Shown piece by piece: positions 51,073-62,840 of a stretch of DNA of 64,000 bases. Every line of letters begins with the position of its first letter. Within the stretch, counting starts at the first letter, position 1. Under the pieces are notes generated by a model. That model made no database searches. It worked only from the letters and a program-made list of their open reading frames with translations, and was not told the DNA's origin. The stretch lies in contig NC_043001.1 of NCBI RefSeq assembly GCF_006345805.1, positions 50,158,001 to 50,222,000 on the forward strand. Reading direction: 5' to 3'. The DNA is from Octopus sinensis (lineage: Eukaryota). The position numbers were made by a program, and so were the translations under genes.

Positions 51073-51228
51073 TATCTGTAAATGTAATATGTGTCAATTA
51101 TTCAGTAGCCATGATAAAACTCCGAGTTTTGGATGCCGAAGTGGCGGCATGGATTTCCATCTTGGCATCTGAAACTCAGAGTTTTATCATGGCTACCGAA
51201 TAATTGTCACATATTACATTTACAGATA
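51073..51228. mobile_element. Short hairpin MITE-like element
   Basis: ~70-bp arms TATCTGTAAATGTAATATG.. / ..CATATTACATTTACAGATA around a ~12-nt loop. Confidence 0.8.
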
Positions 51229-51420
51229 TATATATATATATATCATCATTATCATTTAATGTTCATTGACCATGTTGGCATGGGTTGGATGGTTTGACCA
51301 GAGCTGGCAAGCTGCATCAGACTCCAGTCTAATTTGGCATGGTTTCCATGGCTGGATGTCCTTCCTAGCATCAACGATTTCACAGTGTGCTGGTTGCTTT
51401 TACATGCCACCATATATATA

Positions 51421-51796
51421 CAAAGGGTGATTCAAAAGTCTCCATACATAGGAAAAAATTAATTTTTTTTTATAAGAAACAGTTTTTAAGACCCCCTAGA
51501 TTCCTTGATCTCACCCCTCTTGATTTCTATCTTTGGGGGCATTTGAAAGGGATGGTGTATTGCAAAAAGATAAAAAACAAAACATTTGAAGAAATGCATC
51601 ACCAACTCATTTGCACATGTATCACCAGATGTGCTATTACGAGTTCACAATGAGTTGGGTAAATGTATTGCAATGTGTATTCAAAACAATCGTAACCATA
51701 TAGAGCCTGTTAAATAAAAAAAGAAACTATTCCAATAAACAGTTTCTTATAAAAAGATAAATTGTTCCTATGTATGTCGACTTTTGAATCACCCTG
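51421..51796 (+). mobile_element. Tc1/mariner-type deletion derivative
   Basis: TIRs (CA)AAGGGTGATTCAAAAGTCTCCATACATAGGA / reverse complement CAGGGTGATTCAAAAGTCGACATACATAGGA with TA flanks; internal PPRFLDLTPLDFYLWGHLKGMVY. Confidence 0.85.
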
Positions 51797-51931
51797 TATT
51801 TTTATATATATATATTGTATGCATATATATATATATATTATATATATATATATATTTGTATGTATCCTTAAAAATGTTTTAGCCTGAAGGCCGCATGCAT
51901 ATATATATATATGTATATATATAAATATGTG

Positions 51932-51963
<32 letters not shown>

Positions 51964-52801
51964 ATATATACACACATATGCACAAGTTTCTCCTGATGAC
52001 TTACACAACCGACCAGGTTGAATAAGCCATGAGGTGAAACTTTGTCTCTGTCAAAGTGATTCAAAGTGAATCATTATCATCATTTTAGCATCCTCTTTCC
52101 TTTGTTCACATGGGTCAGATAGAATTTGTCAAGACAGATTTTCTACATTCAGATGCTCTTCTTGTCAGCAACCCTCACCTGTTTCTAAGCAAGGCAATAT
52201 TTCTCCATGGTTAGACCTGCCATGGAAGATTGGAAATGAAAGATATGCATGATGGCAACACACACTTACAACTAATACGTGATGTCAAGGCAAGGAGACA
52301 GCAACATATACACACATTCACACAAACAAGAAGGATGTGTGATGTGTTCCCTTCTTATGATACTAGTAATATATGGATTACTTTGTGTTTCTGATGAGAT
52401 AAACTCTCTGCTGTTCCCACAAGTAGTCACATGTCTAATGAGAACTTTCACTCAAGCAATCATTTTCTCATTAGCATCAACGAAGTTATCCATTACATTT
52501 GGTATCCAACTGTCTCTAATCTTTTGGTTCATAAATTTCCTGTCAAGAGTGCTTTCCAACCTTGGAGTGGTTGGTGTTAGGAAAGGCATCCAGCCATAGA
52601 AACCACACCAAACCAGCTGGGAGCCTGGAACAGCTCTCCAGCTTACCAGTTCCAATCAAACCATCTAACACATGCCAGCATGGAAAATGGATGCTAAATG
52701 ATGATGATAACTGCTCTGTCCAACAGTACACTGAAGAAGCTTAGTCAGACTACATTGATTCTGAAGTAACTCAAGGTCCAGTTATTTTTATATCACTCTT
52801 T

Positions 52802-53034
52802 AAGGTGGCGAGCTGGCAGAAACGTTAGCACGCCGGGCGAAATGCTTAGCAATATTTTGTCTGCCGTTAAGTTCTGAGTTCAAATTCCACCGCGGTCGAC
52901 TTTGCCTTTCATCCTTTCGGGGTCGATTAAATAAGTACCAGTTACGCACTGGGGTCGATATAATCGACTTAATCCGTTTGTCTGTCCTTGTTTGTTCTCT
53001 CTGTGTTTAGCCCCTTGTGGGTAGTAAAGATAAG
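52802..53034 (+). mobile_element. SINE family 2 with 18-bp TSD
   Basis: ATTTTTATATCACTCTTT at 52784-52801 and 53035-53052. Confidence 0.92.
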
Positions 53035-53942
53035 ATTTTTATATCACTCTTTCTTCCCACAATCCTTGGTAGATGATAACCATGTTTTAATTCTTACCTC
53101 TAATATACTATCTGCAGATACTGTTTGCATTCAATCTTGACCCTTTCCATTAAGCTTTCACTACTTTCATGAATAGAGACCTTGAAAACATATCTCCTCG
53201 AAAGTGGACAGGTCCACCTTCAACAGTGCTAAGACAATACACTTTCTCTATGCTTCAGTCACATAGCTAAACCTCTCAAAGTCCCTACAAATCATATTAC
53301 AATTCAACATGGTTTGTAATAGTATTTCTAGTCACACAATTCTCTAGAAATAGCAGCTAAATCTCCATCAAACCATACACAATGGTATTAAGAAAATAAA
53401 GGACAAACTGTTCTACATACACCTAAAGAGAAGACATAGCTAAGGCATTAGGGTGTCAGCACTAAAAATTGTCAGCAGAAAATTTCTAGCTTTAGGCTCT
53501 AATCCTGACCCAAACAGGTCACCAATATTTTTTATCTTTCACTTGTTTTAGTTATTTGGCTGCAACCATGCTGGGGCACAGCCTTGAAGGGTTTTAGTTG
53601 AACAAATTGACTCCAGGGCTTATTTTTTTAAGCCTAGTACTTACTCTATTGGTCTCTTTTCTTGAACTGCTAAATCACAGGGATGTAAACATATCAACAC
53701 CAGTTGTTAAGAGCCGGTTGGGGACAAACATAGGCACACACACACACACACACACATACATGAGTTATCTAATAGTCTATAAGTCAGGGAAAAATGCACT
53801 CTTATATCTGTCAATAGAGTGGGTATATTATATATCTATATTATCTGAAATGTACAGTATTATATATCCATCATGGTTGATCTTACCAATTGGTTTCGCC
53901 CAAAGAATAGAATGGATAATATACCCACTTTTAGACAACTCA

Positions 53943-53979
<37 letters not shown>

Positions 53980-53981
<2 letters not shown>

Positions 53982-54538
53982 TGGCCGATGACAGTACCGC
54001 CTGATTGGCATTCATGCCAGTGGAATGTTAAAAGCACATCTGAACGTGGGATGTAACCGGCTCACTTATGAGTACCCCTCATTCATTGGACAATGAACTT
54101 TGCTTGTGAAGACCTACTGAGGCAAGTGTAAACAAATCAAAATTGCTGAAGTGGTTGCTGACAGTACTTCCTGATTGGCTCTCATGCCAGTGGAATGTTA
54201 AAAGCACATCTGAGCGTGATCATTGCCAGAGTCATGGATTGGCCCCTGTGCTGGTGACACATAAAAAGCACCATTTGAGCGTGGTCATTGCCAGTGCTAC
54301 TGGACTTGCTCCCATGCAGGTAGCACATAAAAACACCTTTTGAGCGTGGTTGTTGCATGTAAAAGCACCCACTACATTCTTGGAGTGGTTGGCATTAGAA
54401 AGGGCATCCAGCTGTAGAAACTTTGCCAGATCAGATTGAGCCTGGTGCAGCTTCTGGCTCACCATTCCTCTGTCAAACCGTCTAACCTATGCCAGCATGG
54501 AAAGCGAACATAAAATGATGAAGATGATGATGATGATG
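53980..54538 (+). mobile_element. Diverged RTE 3'-UTR fragment with (GAT)n tail
   Basis: Shares cttgtgaagacct..gaggcaagtg, the ~62-bp repeats and the terminal gcatggaaagcg..atgatgatg with 59158-59840. Confidence 0.8.
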
Positions 54539-54894
54539 TATATACACATAAAGGGCTGCTTTCAGTTTCTGTCTACCGAATTCACTCACAAGTCTTTGGT
54601 CAGTTTGAGGCTATAGGAGAAAACATTTGCCTAAGGTGCCACACAGTGGAACTGAACAAAGAACCATGTGGCTGGCCTATATTCTTTTATTTGTTTCAGT
54701 CATTTGATCATGGCCATGCTAGAGCACCACCTTAAAGTGTATTAATCAAAGAAATTGATCCCAGGACTTATTCTTTGTAAGCCTAGTACTTATTCCATTG
54801 GTCATTTTAGCTGAACCACTAAGTTATGGGGATATAAACACACCAGCATCAGTTGTCAAGCGATGGCAGGGGGGACAAGCACAGACACGCACAA

Positions 54895-54950
<56 letters not shown>

Positions 54951-55494
54951 CGATGGATTTTCAGTTTCTGTCTACCAAATCCACTCACAAGTCTTCGGTG
55001 AGTCTGAGGCTATCGTAAAAGACACTTGCCCAAGGTGCCACAGTCAGACTGAACCCAGGACCATGTGGTTGGGAAGCGAGTCTTTTACCACACAGCTATG
55101 CCTGCACCTATATACTGAAATTTTTTCTTGTCAAATAGAGGACTGCAACTTATTACAACTAAACTCACTGTGACATTGTTAGCATCATTCTCAGTTCAAT
55201 ACTGAGCTTTAATACCATCACAGGTGCAACAACTCAAGACATCAGGTGTTGCATTTGATACAATCTTTTTTTGTCTTTCACTTGTTTTAGTCATTAGACT
55301 GCAGCTATGGTAGGACACCACCCTGAAGAATTTTAGTCAAATAAATTGACTCCATTACTTATTCTTTTAAAGCCTGGCACTTATTCTATTGGTCTATTTC
55401 ACCAAACTGCTAAGTAACAGGGACATAAACACACCAACACCAGTTGTCAAGCAGTGGTGGGGAAACAAAGACACCTGCATGCACACGCACATGT

Positions 55495-55885
55495 ATCATC
55501 ATCATCATCGTTTAACGTCCGTTTTCTGTGCTAGCACAGGTTGGACGGTTCAACTGGGGTCTGGGTAGCCAGGAGGCTGCACCAGGCTCCAGTCTGATCT
55601 GGCAGTGTTTCTACAGCTGGATGCCCTTCCTGACGCCAATCACTCTGTGAGTGTAGTGGGTGCTTTTTACGCGCCACCGGCACAGGTGCCAGTGGAGTCT
55701 AGCAGCGGCCACGATCAGTTGGTGCTTTTTACGTGCCACCGGCACAGAAGCCAGTCAAGACGGCGCTGGCATCGGCCACATTCGAATGGTGCGTTTTACG
55801 TGCTACCGGCACAGAAGCCAGTCAGGGTGGCGCTGGCATTGGCCACGTTCGGATGGTGCTTTTTACGTGCCACCGGCACAGGTAT
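55495..55885 (-). mobile_element. RTE 3'-end fragment with 4 minisatellite units
   Basis: Collinear with 59158-59680. Shorter 3'-end copies at ~51243-51410, 52590-52710, 62316-62490 and 63305-63440. Confidence 0.85.
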
Positions 55886-55908
55886 CATATATATACAAAT
55901 TCATATAT

Positions 55909-56643
55909 TCAAGAGGTGGGGGCTGAAAAGTTCATAGGCTGTTTATGAAGGAGTGATGCTAGAGCTGTGATAGCTTGCATACATTATTTTCAGCATTTCT
56001 TATTAAACTGCATTGTTTCTTTCCAGGTAAACCAGCATTTGACTGCCCAAAGAAGATTTCAAAAACAACTAGAAACAGCAGCAGATATGATGCCATCACT
56101 ACAATACTGGTTCCCAGCCAAGTGTTTTTACTTGTTGGAGAACAGATGAAATCAGATGAGGCCAAATTAAGAGAATATGGCAGGTGATCAACCGGTTCAA
56201 AGCCACAGTCATGCACAGCAGACATTGACTTGTGTGCTGGAGAATTGTCCTAATGAATACTCATTTTGTTTGTTTTGGGGTGTTTGGTCTTGATAGCCTT
56301 TCATAACTGCCTCAGCAAGTTGGCACAGTACCCTCCATTAATAATGTGGATCTTTTGAAGATAGTCAATAAATACAATGCCTTTTGCATCTCAAAAAATT
56401 GAGGCAATCATCTTCCCTACAAATGAAATGACATTGGCTTTCTTTTGTACAGGTGAGGAGGAATGTTTCCATAGCATAGATTGTCTCTTTGTCTCTGGTT
56501 CAAAATGGTGAAGCCAACACTCATCCTGGCTTATGAAACATTCAAGGAAACCAGCTGGATCTACCCAAAACAATGTCCCATGATATGATCAGCCTGGTGT
56601 GCTTCTGATCAGGTGTCAGAAGACATGCCACCCACTGATAAGA
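55909..56643 (-). mobile_element. Rearranged mariner family A: 5' end on plus strand joined to inverted transposase core
   Basis: 55909-~56075 matches 108-~250. Minus-strand SQDECWLHHFEPETKRQS..DAKGIVFIDYLQK and VHDCGFEPVDHLPYSLNLASSDF. Confidence 0.75.
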
Positions 56644-56645
56644 TA

Positions 56646-57385
56646 TTGGGTTGTCCGGAAAGTTCGTGCCGATTTTTAAAGGAAAGAGAAAGGTCAATAA
56701 ATACTTGCCATTACATTTTTAATCAACCAAATACAAACCATTTTGTTGCACAATGTGTATACATCTTTCCTTTAACTTGAAAATACCCTCTTCCTAGAAT
56801 TGAGGTGGTTTCATGGCAAAGAATTCATCAAGTTATCTTTTTACGTCATCCAAGGAATTGAAATTTTTACCACTAAGACTATTCTGCAGAGACCTGAAAA
56901 GTGGAAATCCGAAGGAGCAATATCTGATGAATATGGAGGGTGGTGTAACACATCCCACCTGGCTGCAACAATTTTTGGCTGGTTCCCAAAGAAACGTGTG
57001 GTCTTGCATTATCATGTTGGAAAACAACACCCTTCCTGTTGGCCAATTCTGGACGTTTCTCTTGAATTGCTGCTTTTAACTCATCCAGTTGTGTGCAGTA
57101 TTTCTCAGAATTAATTGTCTGGTTACTTGGGAGAAGCTCATAGTACAGAATTCCTTTCTAATCCCACCAGACACAAAGCAAGACTTTTTTAGGGTGAAGA
57201 CCCGCTTTTGGGGTGGCTAAGGGTGGCTCATGTTGCTTGCTCCAGGATCGCTTTCTCTGAACATTTTGGTAGATAATCTATTTCTCATCACCTGTCACAA
57301 CTTGCTTTAAAAAAGGTGCATTTTCTTTCCGTTTATAAAGCGAATAATAGATGGAAATGCAATCCAAAAGGTTCTTTTCACTCAA
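56646..57385 (-). mobile_element. Mariner family B, 3' half of transposase plus one TIR
   Basis: VTGDEK..PKAGLHPKKVLLCVWWD..GILYYELLP..KRPELANRKGVVFQHDNARPH..; TIR identical in type to that at 46358. Confidence 0.9.
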
Positions 57386-58219
57386 CTCATGGGTAAGTAT
57401 CTTCTACTATGGCCTCGGGCCGACCAAAGCCTTGTGAGTGGATTTGGTAGACGGAAACTGAAAGAAGCACGTCGTATATATGTATATATATATATATGTA
57501 TGTATGTATGTGTGTGTGTATATGTTTGTGTGTCTGTGTTTGTTCCCCTAACTTAGCGGTTCGGCAAAAGAGACCGATAAAATAAGTACTAAGCTTACAA
57601 AGAATAAGTTCTGGGGCCACAGTCACATGACTGAAACAAGTAAAAGAGAGGTTTAAAAATCGAAATTTCTTGTGTTTAGTGGAGTGGTGTCAACTTTGAG
57701 GTTGTACCCTGTAAAATTTATAGTTTAGTGTCTGACCTGTTCAGGTTTCTAAATAAACAGAAATACGTAATAAAATCAACACGTATCATCATACTGTTTC
57801 TTTTGTCTCTTCATTGATAGTATGTTTTTATCATTAAAAAAAATTTGTTATATTAATGTATTTATCTGCATGTGCTTACTTTATGCGTATTTCAGTATTA
57901 TGTATACCTGCCATGTATTTATGTACATCATTAATATATAAGAGCATGTGTGAGCGTGTGTGTATGTGAAAATACAGCGTCTGTCTCTCAAACTCCAAAG
58001 TTGAGTAACGATTTCATGCTTGGATTTGTAAACTACGATAAGAATAACACTGGTCAACAAAGAATATTTGTACCAAGGAAAAGAATGCCTGTATCTTATA
58101 TGTTTTTGCCAGCAAAATTCAAAAATAATGTCAAATTATCCGTATCACCCATAGTTTCTTTGTCCCACGATATCCCTCTCAGTTCCTGCTAAGCTGTTGA
58201 AATGTGAACTTAGCGTGCG

Positions 58220-58251
58220 GTTGTCATGGTAACACGTTGTCTGTTCATTGG
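58220..58251. promoter_or_regulatory. X-box-like motif with adjacent inverted CCAAT box
   Basis: GTTGTCATGGTAAC (58220-58233) and TTCATTGGCT (reverse complement AGCCAATGAA) 13 nt downstream. Confidence 0.3.
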
Positions 58252-59157
58252 CTAAAATTACCCAACTTTAATTCCAAATAACATCAAATTCTTTACTTTA
58301 CGGGATAAAGTAATTCGTTGGTCGTAATGAAAATTCAGAGTTGCATTTTGATTACGCCAAAATTGGAAGCAATCTGAGTGAAATTAAAGGAGGCTCACTT
58401 TGCGAATGAGAAAGACCAGAACCAGAAAAGAGACACACGGCACATTGTAGTATGTGATACATTATGCAGTAAGTATCAAAAGAAAATGATTCTCTCACGC
58501 TCGTTCTCGTTTGATCATTGGTCTGTACATCATAACAAATATGAAAAAAAGAAACAAAAAAATTGTGAATGCCAAGGGAAGTCACTCTGATTTTATTCTA
58601 TGCGAGTTATTTACCTTTGCATTTGTTGTTTGCAATATTAGTCGATCAAATTAAGCAGAAATGTCGATGCTATTGACAGCAAAGCCCTGAATTTCAAACT
58701 GGACAGAGAAATCTAACTTGTGTGCTTACCGTCTTAGAAGACTGTTTAATAGATGTAGTTCTAGGTACATCATGTCGGAATAAAAGGATTGGGTTAGGCT
58801 GGCACGTCTGGAACAGGCTGATTTTAACGCTAAGCTGCCACAAATATTTCCTTTTGTTCTTTAATGTCCCCATCCCCCTGCCACCATTTTAAACATTTTC
58901 TTTCGTTTCTGATATTTGAAGTTTTCATCGAAGGAACAGAACTCTAATTTTTCGAAAATTTTACCAAATAGGCGTAGGAGTGGCTGTGTGGTAAGTAGAT
59001 TGCTTACCAACCACATAGTTCCGGGTTCAGTCCCACTGCATGGCACCTTGGGCAAGTGTCTTCTACTATAGCCTCGGGCCAACCAAAGCCTTATGAGTGG
59101 ATTTGGTAGACGGAAACTGAAAGAAGCTTGTCGTATATATGTATATATATATATATA

Positions 59158-61778
59158 TCATCATCATCATCATCATCATCATCATTTAACGTCCGCTTTC
59201 CATGCTAGCATGGGTTGGACGGTTCAACTGGGGTCTGGGGAGCCCGAAGGCTGCACCAGGCCAGTCAGATCTGGCAGTGTTTCTACAGCTGGATGCCCTT
59301 CCTAACGCCAACCACTCCGAGAGTGTAGTGGGTGATTTTATGTGCCACCGACACAGGTGCCAGACGAGGCTGGCGAACGGCCACGCTTGGATGGTGTTTT
59401 TATGTGCCACCGACACAGGTGCCAGACGAGGCTGGCGAACGGCCACGCTCGGATGGTGTTTTTATGTGCCACCGACACAGGTGCCAGACAAGGCTAGCAG
59501 ACGACCACACTCGGATGGTGTTTTTTATGTGCCACCGACACAGGAGCCAGATTAGGCTGGCGATCGGCCACGATCGGATGGTGATTGTTACGTGCCCACA
59601 GCATGGAGGCCAGTCGGTGCGGTACTGGCTACGGCCACGTTCGGATGGTTTTCTTGTGTGCCACCGGCACTGGTACCACAAAGATACAAATTCCATTGAT
59701 GTTCATCTATTTTGATTTTGTTTGATTTTTGATTTTTGATTTTCACTTGCCTCAACAGGTCTTCACAAGTGTCACAAGAAGGAAGGTATGCACAGGTGGA
59801 CTGACTACGTCCCAGGTAGGGGCCACGGGTTATGGCCTGACTAGTTTTGCCGGGTCTTCTCACGCACAGCATACTTCCATAAGTCTCGGTCTCTAGTCAT
59901 TTCCTTGGTGAGACCTAAAGTTCGTAGGTCGTGCTTCACCACTTCGTCCCAGGTTTTCCTGGGTCTACCTCTTCCACAGGTTCCCTCAACTGCTAGGGTG
60001 TAGCACTTTTGCACACAACTATCTTCAGCCATTCTCATCATATGACCATACCAGCACAGCCGTCTCTCTTGCACACCACAACTGACGCTTCTTAGGTTCA
60101 ACTTTTCTCTCAAGGTACTTACACTCTGACGATTATGAACACTGACATTACACATCCATCGGAGCATACTGGCTTCATTTCTTGCGAGCTTACGCATATC
60201 CTCAGCAGTCACGGCCCATGTTTCACTACCATGTAGCATGGCTGTACGTACACATGCATCATAAAGTCTGCCTTTTACTCTGAGCGAGAGGCCTTTTGTC
60301 ACCAGCAGGGGTAAGAGCTCTCTAAACTTTGCCCAGGCTATTCTTACTCTAGCAGTTACACTTTCAGCACACCCACCCCCGCTACTGACTTGGTCTCCTA
60401 GGTAGCGGAAGCTATCAACTACTTCTAGTTTGTCTCCCTGGAACGTGGTAGAAGTTGGTCTCTGCACATTTCCAGTGTTTATTTCTTCTGAGCATCTGCC
60501 ACATACGAAAACTATCTTCCCAGTTAGCCTACCTTTGACATTGCTGCACCTCTTATGTGTCCATAGCTTACACTTGGTGCACCTTATAGAGTTTCTACCT
60601 ACACATTTTTTACAGATCGAGCAGGGCCATCTACCTGAAGTCGTTTGTGGTTGGTCCACCTTCCTACTTATTAGGACTTTGGTTTTGGCTAGGTTGATTC
60701 TAAGGCCCTTCGATTCTAATCCTTGTTTCCACACCTGAAACTTCTCCTCCAGTTCTGATAGTGACTCGGCAATTAGAGCAAGGTCAACAGCATAGAGGAG
60801 CTCCCAGGGGCATCCTGTCTTGAATTCTTCCGTTATTGCCTGGAGGACTATGATAAATAGGAGGGGGCTGAGGACTGAACCTTGGTGGACCCCAACCTCT
60901 ACCCGGAATTCTTCACTGTACTCGTTGCCAACCCTCACCTTACTAGCAGCGTCTCTGTACATGGCTCGCACAGCTCTCACTAACCATTCATCTATCCCTA
61001 GTTTCCTCATTGACCACCAGATAAGGGATCGGGGGACCCTGTCAAAGGCTTTCTCCAAGTCAACAAAAGCCAGGTACAAGGGCTTACCTTTGGCTAGGTA
61101 TTTCTCCTGCAGCTGTCTTACCAGGAATATAGCATCAGTAGTACTTTTCCCTGGCACAAACCCAAACTGCATATCATCTAAGCTAACTCTCTCTCTAATT
61201 AATTGGGCTATAACCCTCTCCGTAACCTTCATTACCTGATCCAACAGCTTGATGCCCCTGTAGTTATTTGTATCTAGGGCGTCACCTTTACCTTTGTAGC
61301 AGTTGACTATTATGCTGCTACACCAGTCATTGGGTATGACTCCTTCGTGTATCACCTGGTTAACTATACGGGTGACTATGCTATAGCCGACACTACCAGA
61401 TATTTTGAGCATCTCTGCAGTAATTCCTGATGGGCCTGGGGCTTTCCCTGTCTTCATGCTTCTAATTGCCTTAGCTACCACGGAACTATCAACTCGGATA
61501 GCTGGTCCCTCTGTTGGGTCAACATTCGGCAGACTCTCTTTATCCCATTCATTTTCCTCATTCAGCAACCTTTCATAGTGGCGTCTCCAAGCTTCTCTCT
61601 TTGCATCCTCATTTAGCGCAAGTGAACCATCCTCCATGCGAACACATTTCTCTCGTACCACATCACGACTCTCTCTCACACACTGTCTTGCAACACGAAA
61701 TACCTCAAGTCTTTCATCCTCACGGCGCAGGACATTGGCAAATTTTCTCTTATCTGCTTCCCCTCTGGCTAGATAGAC
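59158..61778 (-). mobile_element. Young 5'-truncated RTE-clade LINE with complete 3' UTR and (GAT)n tail
   Basis: Open RT ORF, ~680-bp 3' UTR containing six ~62-bp repeats, tail at 59158-59185. Confidence 0.93.
59841..61679 (-). CDS. RTE-type reverse transcriptase ORF (no endonuclease; catalytic YADD reads YAVD)
   Basis: KAPGPSG, NYRGIKLL, QFGFVPGKSTTDAI, FVDLEKAFDRV, GVHQGSVLSPLLF, YAVD, FRYLG. The frame stays open upstream to ~61778. Confidence 0.92.
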   Translation of the reverse strand: MRESRDVVREKCVRMEDGSLALNEDAKREAWRRHYERLLNEENEWDKESLPNVDPTEGPAIRVDSSVVAKAIRSMKTGKAPGPSGITAEMLKISGSVGYSIVTRIVNQVIHEGVIPNDWCSSIIVNCYKGKGDALDTNNYRGIKLLDQVMKVTERVIAQLIRERVSLDDMQFGFVPGKSTTDAIFLVRQLQEKYLAKGKPLYLAFVDLEKAFDRVPRSLIWWSMRKLGIDEWLVRAVRAMYRDAASKVRVGNEYSEEFRVEVGVHQGSVLSPLLFIIVLQAITEEFKTGCPWELLYAVDLALIAESLSELEEKFQVWKQGLESKGLRINLAKTKVLISRKVDQPQTTSGRWPCSICKKCVGRNSIRCTKCKLWTHKRCSNVKGRLTGKIVFVCGRCSEEINTGNVQRPTSTTFQGDKLEVVDSFRYLGDQVSSGGGCAESVTARVRIAWAKFRELLPLLVTKGLSLRVKGRLYDACVRTAMLHGSETWAVTAEDMRKLARNEASMLRWMCNVSVHNRQSVSTLREKLNLRSVSCGVQERRLCWYGHMMRMAEDSCVQKCYTLAVEGTCGRGRPRKTWDEVVKHDLRTLGLTKEMTRDRDLWKYAVREKTRQN

Positions 61779-62724
61779 CTATATATATATATATATGTAT
61801 GTGTGTTTGTGTTTTGGTGTGTTTACGTCCCTGTCACTCTGCGGCTCAGCAAAAGAGAACGATAGAATAAGTACTGGGCTTACAAAGAATAAGTCCCGGG
61901 GTCGATTTGCTCGACTAAAGGCGGTGCTCCAGCATGGCCGCAGTCAAATGACTGAAACAAGTAAAAGAGTATACTCATTTTATACAAGTCTCTGTGAGGC
62001 AGCGGTCCTGAAGCTGACTGCTACTAGGTCTATGCCCATAGGTTTCTGAAATTTTTTTCCTCTTTATTAATGAGGGGGCAAAATACAGTGTTCATACTTT
62101 TTCCTTTGTCATGGGACTGGACAAGTTTAAACATGGCAATTTGCCTTGTATTTTAAGTCTTACTCTTTCTGAGAAATCTAAGTATAAATGTCTCCCTCCT
62201 CAAATCCATAAAACATGCATTTCTGTAAAATATCATTTTAGAGATCAATTTTACATCTGTTACTTTGAGTCTTGGACACTTTTCAATTTTTTTTTTCAGT
62301 ATTTGAATTAATCAAAAAGCACCCACTACACTCACAGAGTGGTTGGTGTTAGGAAGGGCATCCAGCTGTAGAAACACTGCCAGATCAGACTGGACCTGGT
62401 GCAGCCTTCTGGCTTCCCAGATCCCCGGTTGAACCGTCCAACCCATGCTAGCATGGAGAACGGACGTTGAACGATGATGATGATGATGACTTATTACAAT
62501 TAACACTGAAATCTTACTTTAATTATGTGCTACCGTTTCAGAAGCCTTCATAAAGATTGTTTAATAAATATAGTTCTAGATAGCATGTATTAAAGTGTCC
62601 TAACCACATGGATTCAGGTTCAGTCCCACTGCGTGGCACATTGGGCTTGTGTCATCTACTATAGCGCCTGGTTGATCACAACCTTGTGAGTTGGCAAGCA
62701 GAAACTGAAAGCGTGTTGCTTGTA

Positions 62725-62782
<58 letters not shown>

Positions 62783-62797
62783 TACATACATATATAT

Positions 62798-62840
<43 letters not shown>

